A DNA stretch of 58,184 nucleotides from a virus. Shown one piece after another: positions 31,869 through 40,248 of this stretch. A program made the position numbers and the translations under genes. Numbering within the stretch: the stretch's first letter is position 1; each line of letters starts with the position of its first letter. The stretch is taken from IMG/VR virus record IMGVR_UViG_3300045988_095259, positions 1-58,184 of that record. One strand, written 5' to 3'. The notes under the pieces are model-generated. The model was not told the origin of the DNA, ran no database searches, and saw only the letters and a program-made list of their open reading frames with translations.

Positions 31869-33894
31869 TTTGTGCTGCACCTCCTTGTGCGGCTAACATT
31901 TGCTGCATCATTGCGTTTTGCTTTTGTGCAAGAGCCTGTTCGTGCGCGTCGATATGCGCATCAAATGCGGCTGCGTACTGCGGCATAGCCTTTCGCAATA
32001 GCCTGTAATCCATCGAAAGCGCGTATTTTTTGTGCTCCTCGAGGTGGATTGCATCATCGTCATAACGGTAACGCTCCGGCACAACGCCTTGGTCAAGGAA
32101 CGCATTTTCCCGCGCGGCGTTTTTACGCTGAAGCTCATCGAGCGTAAACGCATCTCCGGAGGCACTATCGCCCATGAACAGCTCCCGCGCGCGCTGCTTT
32201 GCGGATTTGGATAGCTGCCCGTTATCGTCCGTAAACGCGCCGAGCTGCAACGCCTGAACGAAGTCCTGCCGCTGCTGGTCTTTGCTGTGGCGCAGCTCAT
32301 TTTCGGCTGTATACCGGATGTCATACGAGTTAATATCATCCGCGCACCACGTGTACACATATCCTGCATCATCAGACCCGGCAATCTGCATTGTGCGGTA
32401 ACCGGAGGAATACTCCTTATTGAGCCGCAGCCAGACACGTGCCATTGCAATGACTGCATCGCGAATGTTGTCCGCCGTCAGGCTCATGCGCGTGTTGTCG
32501 ATCTGCCGCAGATTGTCGATGGCAGTGCCGGACGTAACACCGGACGGCGTAGCCCCCACCACCATGAGCTGTGAAACGCCTGCCACATACTCCATATCAG
32601 ACGCAATATGGTCGCGCTCCGACAGAACCGTAGACGGGAGGTCGGGATACTGGAGGAATGACGGTCTATCGCCTACGTTGCGGTAAATGAGGATTGTCCC
32701 CGGCTCAATGCCTGTTGCGTCCAGCTCGTCCAGATTGGCGATAGACCCCTCCGGCGCGATAAGCGGATTGGCGGCTATGGTGTCCACGTAATCCTGTATC
32801 TTGTTGACGATACGGTTGTACGTCCGTTGCAGCGGAATCAAATCCTGAATCGGAGATTTGCCGAAAAACTGCCCCGCAACAGGTTTGGATTTGACCGCCA
32901 CAATTGGCATTTCGCCAGCCGGAAGGTCACCGTAATACACAATTGCATCACGAATAACGATAACCAATCTGCCTTTGGGATAGTCTCTGGAGGGATTTTC
33001 AAGGTACGTAACTACTTTCTCCACGTCCTCGACCTGTTCCTTGCTCATGCCGATTGCGATATTGTTGCGCCCGTGTCCGGTCATGGCGTTTTCCATCGGC
33101 GTGAGAACGTATGTCTCCATCATTCGCCCTTGCAGCTTGATGCCGTACAGGTCGTATATCTCGCCCACGTCACGCACCTGCTCAATGATGATGTCGTGCT
33201 GGTCGCGTATCTCCTGCACACAGAGCGAAGCGGGGAACACCTCATAAGACGATACAAGTCCAAAATCAAGACCGCCCGTGCGGATCGGCTTCTCCGGGCG
33301 GACAATCTCGCCCTGCTCATCGTAAACGGCACCCTCATTTGCGATCAAGTCGCCCCTGTTTGGATCCCAGAACGACAACGTGAATGCCGTGCCTGTAAGC
33401 TCCGCCCACGAAATCAGTTTGTCTTTTTTCGCCTGGAAATCCGTATCGCCCTGGCAGTACGTCAGCAGCTTGGTGGATACCTTTGCTTTTGCGTAATCGT
33501 CCATCTCTGCGGAGCGTGGCTCAACCACCATGTCGTAGTTAACCGACTTAAGGTTCGCGTGGCGCGTCTCCATCAGCGGAGCAATGCGGTTGTACACCCT
33601 GCGCTCATTGTCCGCCTTAGTTACGTACTGCTCATCATCGATCCTGCGCGATGCAATGTTGATGTCGCAGTTTTGGTGACCGGCTAAAAAGTTTGCATTG
33701 AGCGTCCATTGCAGCTCCAACACGGCACGCTCGTCACGCCTGCGCTCCAGCTCCTGCATGATGTGCGACACAAGGTCTTCTTCGTAAATTTCCGTTCCGT
33801 CCGCATCCACCGCTGCGGGCGCGTCCCTGCTCCTCTGCTGTAGATCATCCTGCGGCGGCTTTCGCCCGGCGAATATCTTGTCAAGCAAACTCAT
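31858..33894 (-). CDS. Portal protein (678 aa)
   Basis: Size and position downstream of terL fit a portal. It has a portal-like N-terminal region (LELQWTLNANFLAGHQ). SD AGGAGG. Confidence 0.82.
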   Translation of the reverse strand: MSLLDKIFAGRKPPQDDLQQRSRDAPAAVDADGTEIYEEDLVSHIMQELERRRDERAVLELQWTLNANFLAGHQNCDINIASRRIDDEQYVTKADNERRVYNRIAPLMETRHANLKSVNYDMVVEPRSAEMDDYAKAKVSTKLLTYCQGDTDFQAKKDKLISWAELTGTAFTLSFWDPNRGDLIANEGAVYDEQGEIVRPEKPIRTGGLDFGLVSSYEVFPASLCVQEIRDQHDIIIEQVRDVGEIYDLYGIKLQGRMMETYVLTPMENAMTGHGRNNIAIGMSKEQVEDVEKVVTYLENPSRDYPKGRLVIVIRDAIVYYGDLPAGEMPIVAVKSKPVAGQFFGKSPIQDLIPLQRTYNRIVNKIQDYVDTIAANPLIAPEGSIANLDELDATGIEPGTILIYRNVGDRPSFLQYPDLPSTVLSERDHIASDMEYVAGVSQLMVVGATPSGVTSGTAIDNLRQIDNTRMSLTADNIRDAVIAMARVWLRLNKEYSSGYRTMQIAGSDDAGYVYTWCADDINSYDIRYTAENELRHSKDQQRQDFVQALQLGAFTDDNGQLSKSAKQRARELFMGDSASGDAFTLDELQRKNAARENAFLDQGVVPERYRYDDDAIHLEEHKKYALSMDYRLLRKAMPQYAAAFDAHIDAHEQALAQKQNAMMQQMLAAQGGAAQNGQ

Positions 33895-34103
33895 CTCTTG
33901 CTAATCCTCCTGTCGTTGACATACGGCGTGATCACGCTGTGACGGCTTTTTTCGGCGGTTTTTGTGGGCTTCTCCGGCACGTCCAACAGCGCACCACGAA
34001 TCGCTCTCAGCTCCCGCACCACCATAGGCATTATCACCGCCACCATGCCGAGCTGTGCCGCCAGTACGATTCCGACAGCCACCGCCGTTGCAATATCACT
34101 CAC
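33891..34103 (-). CDS. Small membrane protein (70 aa)
   Basis: GTG 34103 follows AGGAG by 8 nt. The TM segment is IATAVAVGIVLAAQLGMVAVIMPMVV. Its stop overlaps the portal ATG. Confidence 0.5.
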   Translation of the reverse strand: MSDIATAVAVGIVLAAQLGMVAVIMPMVVRELRAIRGALLDVPEKPTKTAEKSRHSVITPYVNDRRISKR

Positions 34104-34422
34104 TCTTCGCACTCCTGCGCTGTGGCTTCACCGTTTCCGGCTTCTTTTCAGCTTCCACCGGCTGTGGTTCGTCCCGCAGAAGCTCTAACGATGCAGACAG
34201 TACCTCTTTCGACCGGTCCTTGCCTACCAGCCGCACATATGCCTCCACAAGATCCGCAAGGCAGTCCTCGCAGATAAAGGACGGACTCCATCCGAGCGTA
34301 CCTCTGTGGTAGATGAGCGTCCGCTTGTCGTGACACTTGTCCGTGCTGCACTCTCCTGCCCTGCCTGTGGAGTAGAGATGCAGCTCCAGCTTGCCGTGCT
34401 TTTTACCGTTTGTATTTGCCAT
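34096..34422 (-). CDS. Small Cys-containing (zinc-ribbon-like) protein (108 aa)
   Basis: SD AGGAGG. The spaced cysteines are GECSTDKCHDKR...FICEDC. Confidence 0.6.
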   Translation of the reverse strand: MANTNGKKHGKLELHLYSTGRAGECSTDKCHDKRTLIYHRGTLGWSPSFICEDCLADLVEAYVRLVGKDRSKEVLSASLELLRDEPQPVEAEKKPETVKPQRRSAKSE

Positions 34423-34429
34423 TGTTTTT

Positions 34430-35809
34430 TTACCTCCTGACGTGTGTGGGAATGCGGTTTTTGCTGAATACCGCCTGTTTGTGCTTGTCTATCATGATTT
34501 CCTCCGGTGTCCGAGTGTCCGGCTCTCTCGGAACACTGGCGCGAGACACACAAAAATATCGCAGCGCGTCCGGAAGATGCGTGACTTCGTGCGGCTCTTT
34601 TGCCGCGTCGTTGCAGCTTTTTTCGTCCGCCTTGATTGTCGAAACGCACCGGATGAGGTTTTTGCACGTTGAGAATATCCGCAAGCGCGCCGTTTTGCCC
34701 TCACCGGAAGGATCGGGAACAGGCTTGAGCCGCTCATGCACCTGCATCCACCCTTGCACACGGTCATTTGATGCCTTGGTGAGGTATACGCCGTTGTCCA
34801 TGTATATCTCTGCCATTGTTCGCCCTGTGTCCTTTGTCCTGCTCCACATATCCGGCGGGGCATAGGTGATATACTCCTGTTCGCGCGGCTCTGCGTCGCG
34901 AATCGCTTGTGCGGCTTGTGAAACGATAAGCCCCGATTGATAGACCTCGCCAATCACATAGGCGGTATCGTGCGTGTCTATGGCGATATACAGGCAAGCC
35001 AGCGCATCCAGACCGTAGTCTATCGCGCGGACGATCTCCCAGTGATCGGGTATGGGGAATGGCGAAACCACGTGAATATCGCGGGAAAATTGATCGAAGA
35101 ACACCGCTCCGTCCACTCCCCATTCGCCCAGACCTGCCACTTTGTAACGCTCTGGGCGCGTCTTGCGCATATCCTCAAACGCCTGTAGGTCGGTCTCGGA
35201 CAGCCACGGATTATCCTTGTAGGTCGTAGTCATGGGAAGCACATTTTCGTGCGGTTCGTCAAAAAATCGCGCCTTAATCCAGGTCGAATCGCTCCACGGA
35301 TTGAACACCATAATTACCCTCTTAAAGTATCCGACCGGGAGCTCACCTCTAATCGACTCGTCCAGCATATTGAAATCGTCCTCAGAATCGACCTCGAATG
35401 CCTCCTCTATGAACATCCAGCACAGAACGCCAGTTGAAACGGATACAGAAGTGACTTTAGCAGCGTTATCCAGACCCTTGAAGATGATCTTCTGCCCTGT
35501 CGGCTTGTAAACCATCAGCAGCGGGGACGTCTTGCTTATCGGATAGTCCCAATAATCCTCCACGTGCAGCCGTTTAATTGCCCATATCAGGTCAGCACAA
35601 ACGCTATCACGCATCGTATCAAGCACCTTACGAACAACAAGAGTGTTGGCAAGCGGATAACGCATCATCTGCGAAATTATCCATAGAGCAGCGTGTTTGG
35701 ATTTGCCGGATCCGCGAGAACCCTTGCAGACAACATATGTTTTGTTTGTCCGCCAGAAGCACTTGTATGCCGGAGCGGTTATCTCCGACAGTTTGACTGT
35801 GTCAGACAT
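34430..35809 (-). CDS. terL: Terminase large subunit
   Basis: The Walker A is VVCKGSRGSGKSK. WMFIEEAF is Walker-B-like. The C-terminal half is nuclease-like. ATG 35809 is preferred; the ORF-track TTG is at 35815. Confidence 0.92.
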   Translation of the reverse strand: MSDTVKLSEITAPAYKCFWRTNKTYVVCKGSRGSGKSKHAALWIISQMMRYPLANTLVVRKVLDTMRDSVCADLIWAIKRLHVEDYWDYPISKTSPLLMVYKPTGQKIIFKGLDNAAKVTSVSVSTGVLCWMFIEEAFEVDSEDDFNMLDESIRGELPVGYFKRVIMVFNPWSDSTWIKARFFDEPHENVLPMTTTYKDNPWLSETDLQAFEDMRKTRPERYKVAGLGEWGVDGAVFFDQFSRDIHVVSPFPIPDHWEIVRAIDYGLDALACLYIAIDTHDTAYVIGEVYQSGLIVSQAAQAIRDAEPREQEYITYAPPDMWSRTKDTGRTMAEIYMDNGVYLTKASNDRVQGWMQVHERLKPVPDPSGEGKTARLRIFSTCKNLIRCVSTIKADEKSCNDAAKEPHEVTHLPDALRYFCVSRASVPREPDTRTPEEIMIDKHKQAVFSKNRIPTHVRR

Positions 35810-36305
35810 ACGCAATGCCTCTAACTATCCTTCCGACCGCAGCGTTTGTCAATCCGTATCTGCTTGCGATAGCCACCGTTCCGTGTTCGCAGCTGCCACG
35901 CACATACTCAGCTCTTATTGCTTCAGCTTGCGCTTGCGTGAGTTTGGCGTTTCCATTGGCAGTACCGCGAACCGGTTTTTTAAGATTGTGTGCATATGCG
36001 TGTAACATCTGCTGGTGTCGGTCGCACCACTCCAGGTTATCTACAGCATTGTTTGTTTTGTCTCCGTCCTTGTGATTAACAGTTTCGTATCCATCCGGGT
36101 TTGGGATAAACGCCTCTGCGACAACTCTGTGGTAACGTATCCAGACGGATTTGCCGCCAACTTGCATCGCTGTGAATAAATATCCATCTTTGTTCCGTTT
36201 TGGAGTCATTTTGCGCATTTTGCCGCTCACCGCACTGTAAATATCCCCGTTTTTGCTCACGTAATACCTTCCGCCAGAGCCAGCAATCTCAACAACATCC
36301 ACCAT
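35802..36305 (-). CDS. HNH homing endonuclease inserted between terS and terL
   Basis: The N-terminus is NUMOD4-like (YYVSKNGDIYS). The HNH region is VNHKDGDKTNNAVDNLEW. There is a C-terminal HTH-like module. SD GGGGAG. Confidence 0.85.
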   Translation of the reverse strand: MVDVVEIAGSGGRYYVSKNGDIYSAVSGKMRKMTPKRNKDGYLFTAMQVGGKSVWIRYHRVVAEAFIPNPDGYETVNHKDGDKTNNAVDNLEWCDRHQQMLHAYAHNLKKPVRGTANGNAKLTQAQAEAIRAEYVRGSCEHGTVAIASRYGLTNAAVGRIVRGIAYV

Positions 36306-36311
36306 CACTTG

Positions 36312-36791
36312 TCACTCCCCCAAATCATCTCGAATCACCACCGGCACACCCCCCTTAATATCCTGCTCCTGCTTTGTGCTGTATCCATATCCGCCCATCC
36401 ACAGTGCTGCAAGATTTGCCGGTATACATCCATCCTCAAACAGTCCGCGCGTCTCCTGCTCGCATATATCGGTGATTTTGCGCACAGTTTGGGCAAAATC
36501 GGGATTGTCGGCGTAATTTTGGTACCACGCGTTGCTGCTTGTGCCGCAAAACACGCAAAATCCCTTGATCGTGGGCGATCTGGGCGCGGGGACATCGACT
36601 TGTACGGCAGATAGCGTATCCTGATCGATGATTGTACGCTTTTTGGTGTGATTTAGGCACTTATCACTCTGCAAATACTCCTCAAATTGCTCTTGCATAT
36701 CCTCCTCATCCACCCAAATCCGTCCAAATGTGCTATCCTTAGCTACATATAAGTGCTGCTTGCGTATCTTTGGCTTGCGATCTGCTCCCAT
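36312..36791 (-). CDS. terS: Terminase small subunit
   Basis: This is the first gene of the late operon, immediately upstream of HNH and terL. SD GGAGGTG. It has an HTH-like PTIKGFCVFCGTSSNAWYQNY segment. Confidence 0.7.
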   Translation of the reverse strand: MGADRKPKIRKQHLYVAKDSTFGRIWVDEEDMQEQFEEYLQSDKCLNHTKKRTIIDQDTLSAVQVDVPAPRSPTIKGFCVFCGTSSNAWYQNYADNPDFAQTVRKITDICEQETRGLFEDGCIPANLAALWMGGYGYSTKQEQDIKGGVPVVIRDDLGE

Positions 36792-36932
36792 CTTATCACC
36801 TCCTTTTTGGCACGTGTAAACAACAGTTTTTTGTAGTTGTAGGTAAATCCTACTTACACTATACTATCATTTTAGGTTTGTGCTACACTATATATAGCAC
36901 CAATGTAGTAACTGCTACGCTATAGTTGCTAC

Positions 36933-37153
36933 GATCCTATAGATCAGCCCCCGTTATCTCGATCCCCGAGCAGATACAGCTATACCCCTGCAATCGAGAG
37001 GATAGCTGTATCAACTGGATCAGCCCCCGTCAGAGCCGTCACCCGTCGCTTAACACTCCCTTGCAGCGATCCCTATAGCACACTCTCAGTCCATGTGCAG
37101 TGATCGCTCCCACAACCCGAGCTTACCAACCCGATCTGTTTTTGCAGGAGATC
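36933..37153. other. GATC-dense non-coding segment upstream of terS (candidate pac or regulatory region)
   Basis: Eight GATC sites fall within 221 bp, at 36933, 36942, 36961, 37018, 37068, 37102, 37133 and 37150. About one would be expected. Confidence 0.6.
36942..37030. repeat. 13-bp direct repeats flanking an 11-bp inverted repeat
   Basis: GATCAGCCCCCGT occurs at 36942-36954 and 37018-37030. Between them, GATACAGCTAT (36973-36983) pairs with ATAGCTGTATC (37002-37012). Confidence 0.8.
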
Positions 37154-37165
37154 GCGACCTGCTGA

Positions 37166-37211
37166 CGGGCGAAACCGTAAGGGAGTCCGTTTTCGTCCGG
37201 CTTGTTTTTTT
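37166..37211 (+). terminator. Plus-strand intrinsic terminator with no upstream + strand gene
   Basis: CGGGCGAAA (37166-37174) pairs with TTTCGTCCG (37191-37199). One G-U pair makes it + strand specific. It is followed by GCTTGTTTTTTT. Confidence 0.5.
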
Positions 37212-37305
37212 GCATCGGTGCAGTCGACACCTCGTGCAGTTTTTGGAGTCATGCACGGCTTGGGACTCGTTATGTGGCGTGAGAACACTCCCGCTTTGTG
37301 CCTAT

Positions 37306-37345
37306 ATTATACCACTGTTTGCCTATCTAAAAAGTGACATCTTTT
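37306..37345 (-). promoter_or_regulatory. Leftward late-type promoter of the structural operon (shared 17-mer plus extended -10)
   Basis: The minus strand reads AAAAGATGTCACTTTTTagataggcaaacagTGgTATAATatagg. The 17-mer AAAAGATGTCACTTTTT (37329-37345) recurs at 57819-57835. AGTGGTATAATATAG is identical to the -10 regions of the early promoters. Confidence 0.5.
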
Positions 37346-37458
37346 CTCGGCACTTCTCCGTGATTCTGCACAAAACCATTTCTTGTATGTGGGGTTCCTT
37401 GCTTAACATAATCTGCACAGTTTTAACCACATTGTTTTGTACAACATTTTCCCAAAAA

Positions 37459-37540
37459 CTTTTGCAAAACCTCTTGACAAACCACCCAAAGAGTGGTATA
37501 ATATAGTCAAGCAAAGGGAAAACACAAAGGAGATATAAAA
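37459..37540 (+). promoter_or_regulatory. Early promoter P1 with leader (copy A of an ~85-bp duplicated unit)
   Basis: TTGACA (37474-37479), a 17-nt spacer, then TGgTATAAT (37497-37502). The spacer holds the palindrome ACCACCCaaaGAGTGGT (37481-37497). The leader AAGGGAAAACACAAAGGAGAT is shared with copy B. Confidence 0.75.
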
Positions 37541-37732
37541 ATGAAAGAATACAGGATCAAGGGAACGTGGTACACCGTCAAAGCAAGTTGCATTAGACAG
37601 GCGCTGAAGAAACTTGTAGATGAGGACGGAGACTTTATTTATACTCCGCATTGGTACACAAGAAGCAATCGGAAATCGTGGGCCGAATTCGAGACAAGCT
37701 ATGGTTATAGCGGAATCGTTGAAGAAGTATAA
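37541..37732 (+). CDS. Hypothetical 63-aa early protein
   Basis: First gene behind P1, with SD AAAGGAG. Confidence 0.7.
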   Translation: MKEYRIKGTWYTVKASCIRQALKKLVDEDGDFIYTPHWYTRSNRKSWAEFETSYGYSGIVEEV

Positions 37733-37812
37733 CGCAGAGTGACCCGCTCCGGCGGGGTAATGCACACGGCACACGCCGTCCGGTCACAAGTCCGGAAGAA
37801 AGGAACGAAACC

Positions 37813-38019
37813 ATGACACAGACCAATCACAGCTGGAGAATCGCCACCTACATCATTCCGCAGGGCGCGGAGCTTGTATGCGACAACGCAGTGCGCACGG
37901 ACCGCTTCATCTTCGGCGCGGCGCTCATCCGCTACGAGGGCCAGTATTGGCTCTGCCAGAACTACTGCCTGTATAAGGTAGACCAGGACGCGGCCGCGGC
38001 GTTTGCGGCGAACCTGTAA
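37813..38019 (+). CDS. Hypothetical 68-aa early protein
   Basis: An ORF in a GC-rich block with a weak SD (AAAGGAA). Confidence 0.6.
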   Translation: MTQTNHSWRIATYIIPQGAELVCDNAVRTDRFIFGAALIRYEGQYWLCQNYCLYKVDQDAAAAFAANL

Positions 38020-38033
38020 AGGAGGACAGGCAC

Positions 38034-38561
38034 ATGACACCGCAGGAAATGATTAAGAGATACCAGATCACCTTCGCACCAAACGACACAGCCAAGCTGA
38101 TGCTGCGCGGCGTAAAACGTTTGAAAGCGGAGGGCATGTTCGACGAGGTGACCGCGCACAAAGCGGAGATCATAGCGATCCTGACCGCCGAGCGCGAGGC
38201 CGCAGAGAAAGCAGCCGCCGAGCGAGAAGCGAAGATCGCGGCCATTGAGGGGCTTGACGAGATTTACGCCGCTATCGAGGAGCATGAGCGGCACCGCGCC
38301 GCGTTTGAGCGCGCGATGTACCGGGGAGACGGGATCCTCCCAAGCATGCCGAAATCGGACATCAAGGCACTGTGTGCGAAATACCCCCGCGCGGCGGCCT
38401 ACATCCAGACGTGCGAATACAGCAACTCCGAGAACCTTACCCAGATTGGCATTGGGATCCGGGCGAAAGAACGCATCATCAACGGTGAGGATTATGAGCA
38501 GGTACTCGCGGACATGGAAAAAGAGTGGGGCGACTACTGCCACGAGCATATATGGGATTGA
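38034..38561 (+). CDS. Hypothetical 175-aa early protein (Ala/Glu-rich coiled segment)
   Basis: SD AGGAGG. I recognise no motif. Confidence 0.72.
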   Translation: MTPQEMIKRYQITFAPNDTAKLMLRGVKRLKAEGMFDEVTAHKAEIIAILTAEREAAEKAAAEREAKIAAIEGLDEIYAAIEEHERHRAAFERAMYRGDGILPSMPKSDIKALCAKYPRAAAYIQTCEYSNSENLTQIGIGIRAKERIINGEDYEQVLADMEKEWGDYCHEHIWD

Positions 38562-38573
38562 GGAGAGCAAACA

Positions 38574-38891
38574 ATGACAATCACCCAATTCACCACTGCC
38601 CGCGCGGCGGCTTCATCCTGCCACAGCTCCGCCGACTTCCTCGGGCGATTCCCGGATATCGCCCCGTGGGAGCTTGAGGACGTGTGGACGGTCCACGACG
38701 ACTACAGCATTGCGACCGTCCGCGCACTGTCCGGTCTGACGCAGGCGGAGTTTGCAGAACGATATCATATCCCGCCGCGAACAATCGAAAACTGGACGCA
38801 GAGCGGCAAGGCCCGCCGCGAAATCTCGCCGTATCTGCTGGACCTATTGGCCGTCGACGTGATCAACACACGCGCGGCGAGAAAATATTAA
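38574..38891 (+). CDS. HTH (XRE/MqsA-like C-terminal) DNA-binding protein, last gene of cassette 1
   Basis: The HTH reads LSGLTQAEFAERYHIPPRTIENWTQSGKARREISPYLLDLL. SD GAGGAG. Confidence 0.72.
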   Translation: MTITQFTTARAAASSCHSSADFLGRFPDIAPWELEDVWTVHDDYSIATVRALSGLTQAEFAERYHIPPRTIENWTQSGKARREISPYLLDLLAVDVINTRAARKY

Positions 38892-38894
38892 AAA

Positions 38895-38978
38895 ACTTTG
38901 CGAAAACCCCTTGACAAACCACTCAATGAGTGGTATAATATAGTCAACAAAAGGGAAAACACAAAGGAGATAAAAATC
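38895..38978 (+). promoter_or_regulatory. Early promoter P2 with leader (copy B of the duplicated unit)
   Basis: TTGACA (38911-38916), a 17-nt spacer, then TGgTATAAT (38934-38939). The spacer is the perfect palindrome ACCACTCaatGAGTGGT (38918-38934). The leader is as in copy A. Confidence 0.75.
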
Positions 38979-39200
38979 ATGACGACAGCCGAAGCGATTA
39001 CAAGAACCGAGAACGAGATCCAGTACTGCGAGGCAAACCTCGAGGAAGCGGTAGCCGAGTACAAGCGCAAGATCGCAAGCTACACCGCGTTTGAGATCGC
39101 GGAAGGCATGGCGGAAGGCCTCCAGCGGCAGGTAAAGGAACTGACCTCGGAGATTCGTACGAAGAAACAGTTCGCAGAAATGCTTAAAACAATCAGATAA
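38979..39200 (+). CDS. Hypothetical 73-aa helical protein
   Basis: The ATG at 38979 follows the shared leader SD. The ORF-track start at 38898 would include the promoter. Confidence 0.7.
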   Translation: MTTAEAITRTENEIQYCEANLEEAVAEYKRKIASYTAFEIAEGMAEGLQRQVKELTSEIRTKKQFAEMLKTIR

Positions 39201-39212
39201 GGAGACACGAAA

Positions 39213-39413
39213 ATGACTTACACCACCGAGCAGAAAGAACGTGCAATCGAAATCGCAGAGCAGATCAAGGCAGCGGATACATGGGACATGGAAGCGCTCA
39301 AAGAATTGTGCGAACTGGCAGGCATGAGCGAAGAGTGGGCAAACACCGACGGCGATACCTTTGAGAGCGTTGCATACGCGGCAGCCGATAAGCTCGGCGT
39401 GGAGATCCTGTGA
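39213..39413 (+). CDS. Small, strongly acidic 66-aa protein
   Basis: SD AAGGAG. The product begins MTYTTEQKERAIEIAEQIKAADTWDMEALKELCELAGMSEEWANTDGDTFE. Confidence 0.7.
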   Translation: MTYTTEQKERAIEIAEQIKAADTWDMEALKELCELAGMSEEWANTDGDTFESVAYAAADKLGVEIL

Positions 39414-40231
39414 ACCGCGCCGTACCTTTGGAGGAGATAAACGCCGCCATCACGGGGAAGCCTGAAGAAAAAGTGATCGAATATCTCACCGGCAAAACGG
39501 TCGGTGAGATAGAATTCATCGGGCCGGGCGAAAACGTCTCCACATACACATACGGAAACCGCACTGCCATCCGCCGCACCATCGTGTCGCGCTGCCTCAT
39601 CTGCGGCGGCGTGTCCGAGCATCCGCTCAGTTTTGCCCGAAAGAAACTGAAAAACGGTACGCACCTGATCCTCTGTGAGCACTGCTCCCGTCTGTCAAGC
39701 GACAAGGACCTGACGGGCCAGACGCTCTACAGCCTGCACGTCTTGCACCGCGTCGGGCCGTGGAATGGACTGAAAACAATGTGGCACGTGCATTGCCTCG
39801 CGTGTGGCGGCGAATATGACATAGACCAGCAGCATCTCGGAAAAACGCGGTCCTGCACCTGCGGAAGGAAGAAAGGGCTTGAAAGCGGTCAGGAATCAGT
39901 CGCAAACCTTGCGAAAGGCGGATCGGCCGTACATGGCGTCCTGCGACACAACCTAAACAAAAACAACACCTCAGGCGTGCGCGGCGTTTCGCCCAAGAAG
40001 ACGAAAGACGGGATGCTATACTATCGAACATACATCAATTTTCGCCGCAAGCAGTACCACCTCGGCAATTTCCCGGATCTCGACTCCGCGATTGCCGCGC
40101 GGAAGGCAGCAGAAGCTCACATATATGGCAACTATCTCGCGTGGTATGCAGAGCACTACCCCGAGCAATGGGCGAAGTACACCGAACGAAACCCGGAATC
40201 AGCCGACAAACCAAAAAAGCAGGAGCCGTAA
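39410..40231 (+). CDS. Zn-ribbon plus AP2-domain DNA-binding protein (273 aa)
   Basis: The GTG start overlaps the upstream TGA. CxxC pairs are CLICGG...CEHC and CLACGG...CTCG. The AP2-like segment reads SGVRGVSPKKTKDGMLYYRTYINFRRKQYHLGNFPDLDSAIAARKAAE. Confidence 0.72.
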   Translation: MNRAVPLEEINAAITGKPEEKVIEYLTGKTVGEIEFIGPGENVSTYTYGNRTAIRRTIVSRCLICGGVSEHPLSFARKKLKNGTHLILCEHCSRLSSDKDLTGQTLYSLHVLHRVGPWNGLKTMWHVHCLACGGEYDIDQQHLGKTRSCTCGRKKGLESGQESVANLAKGGSAVHGVLRHNLNKNNTSGVRGVSPKKTKDGMLYYRTYINFRRKQYHLGNFPDLDSAIAARKAAEAHIYGNYLAWYAEHYPEQWAKYTERNPESADKPKKQEP

Positions 40232-40248
40232 AGCCCCTGCTTTTTTTT
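40213..40248 (+). terminator. Intrinsic terminator ending early cassette 2
   Basis: AAAAAAGCAGG pairs with CCTGCTTTTTTTT, overlapping the stop codon at 40229-40231. Confidence 0.75.

Noticed and set aside
34224-35123. Same-strand alternative-frame ORFs inside terL (147, 153 and 119 aa)
   Set aside because: Their translations are Arg/Ser/Thr/Gly-rich, with no SD or ATG context. This contrasts with the nested candidate at 5004.
36855-36898. CACTATA/CTATAG motifs resembling T7/SP6-type single-subunit RNAP promoters (e.g. GTGCTACACTATATATAG)
   Set aside because: I recognised no phage-type RNA polymerase anywhere in the genome, including the giant protein. The match is short and AT-rich and is probably coincidental.
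37093-37506. 137-aa + strand ORF in the divergent control region
   Set aside because: It runs through a terminator, the leftward promoter and early promoter P1. It has no SD and a junk-like composition.
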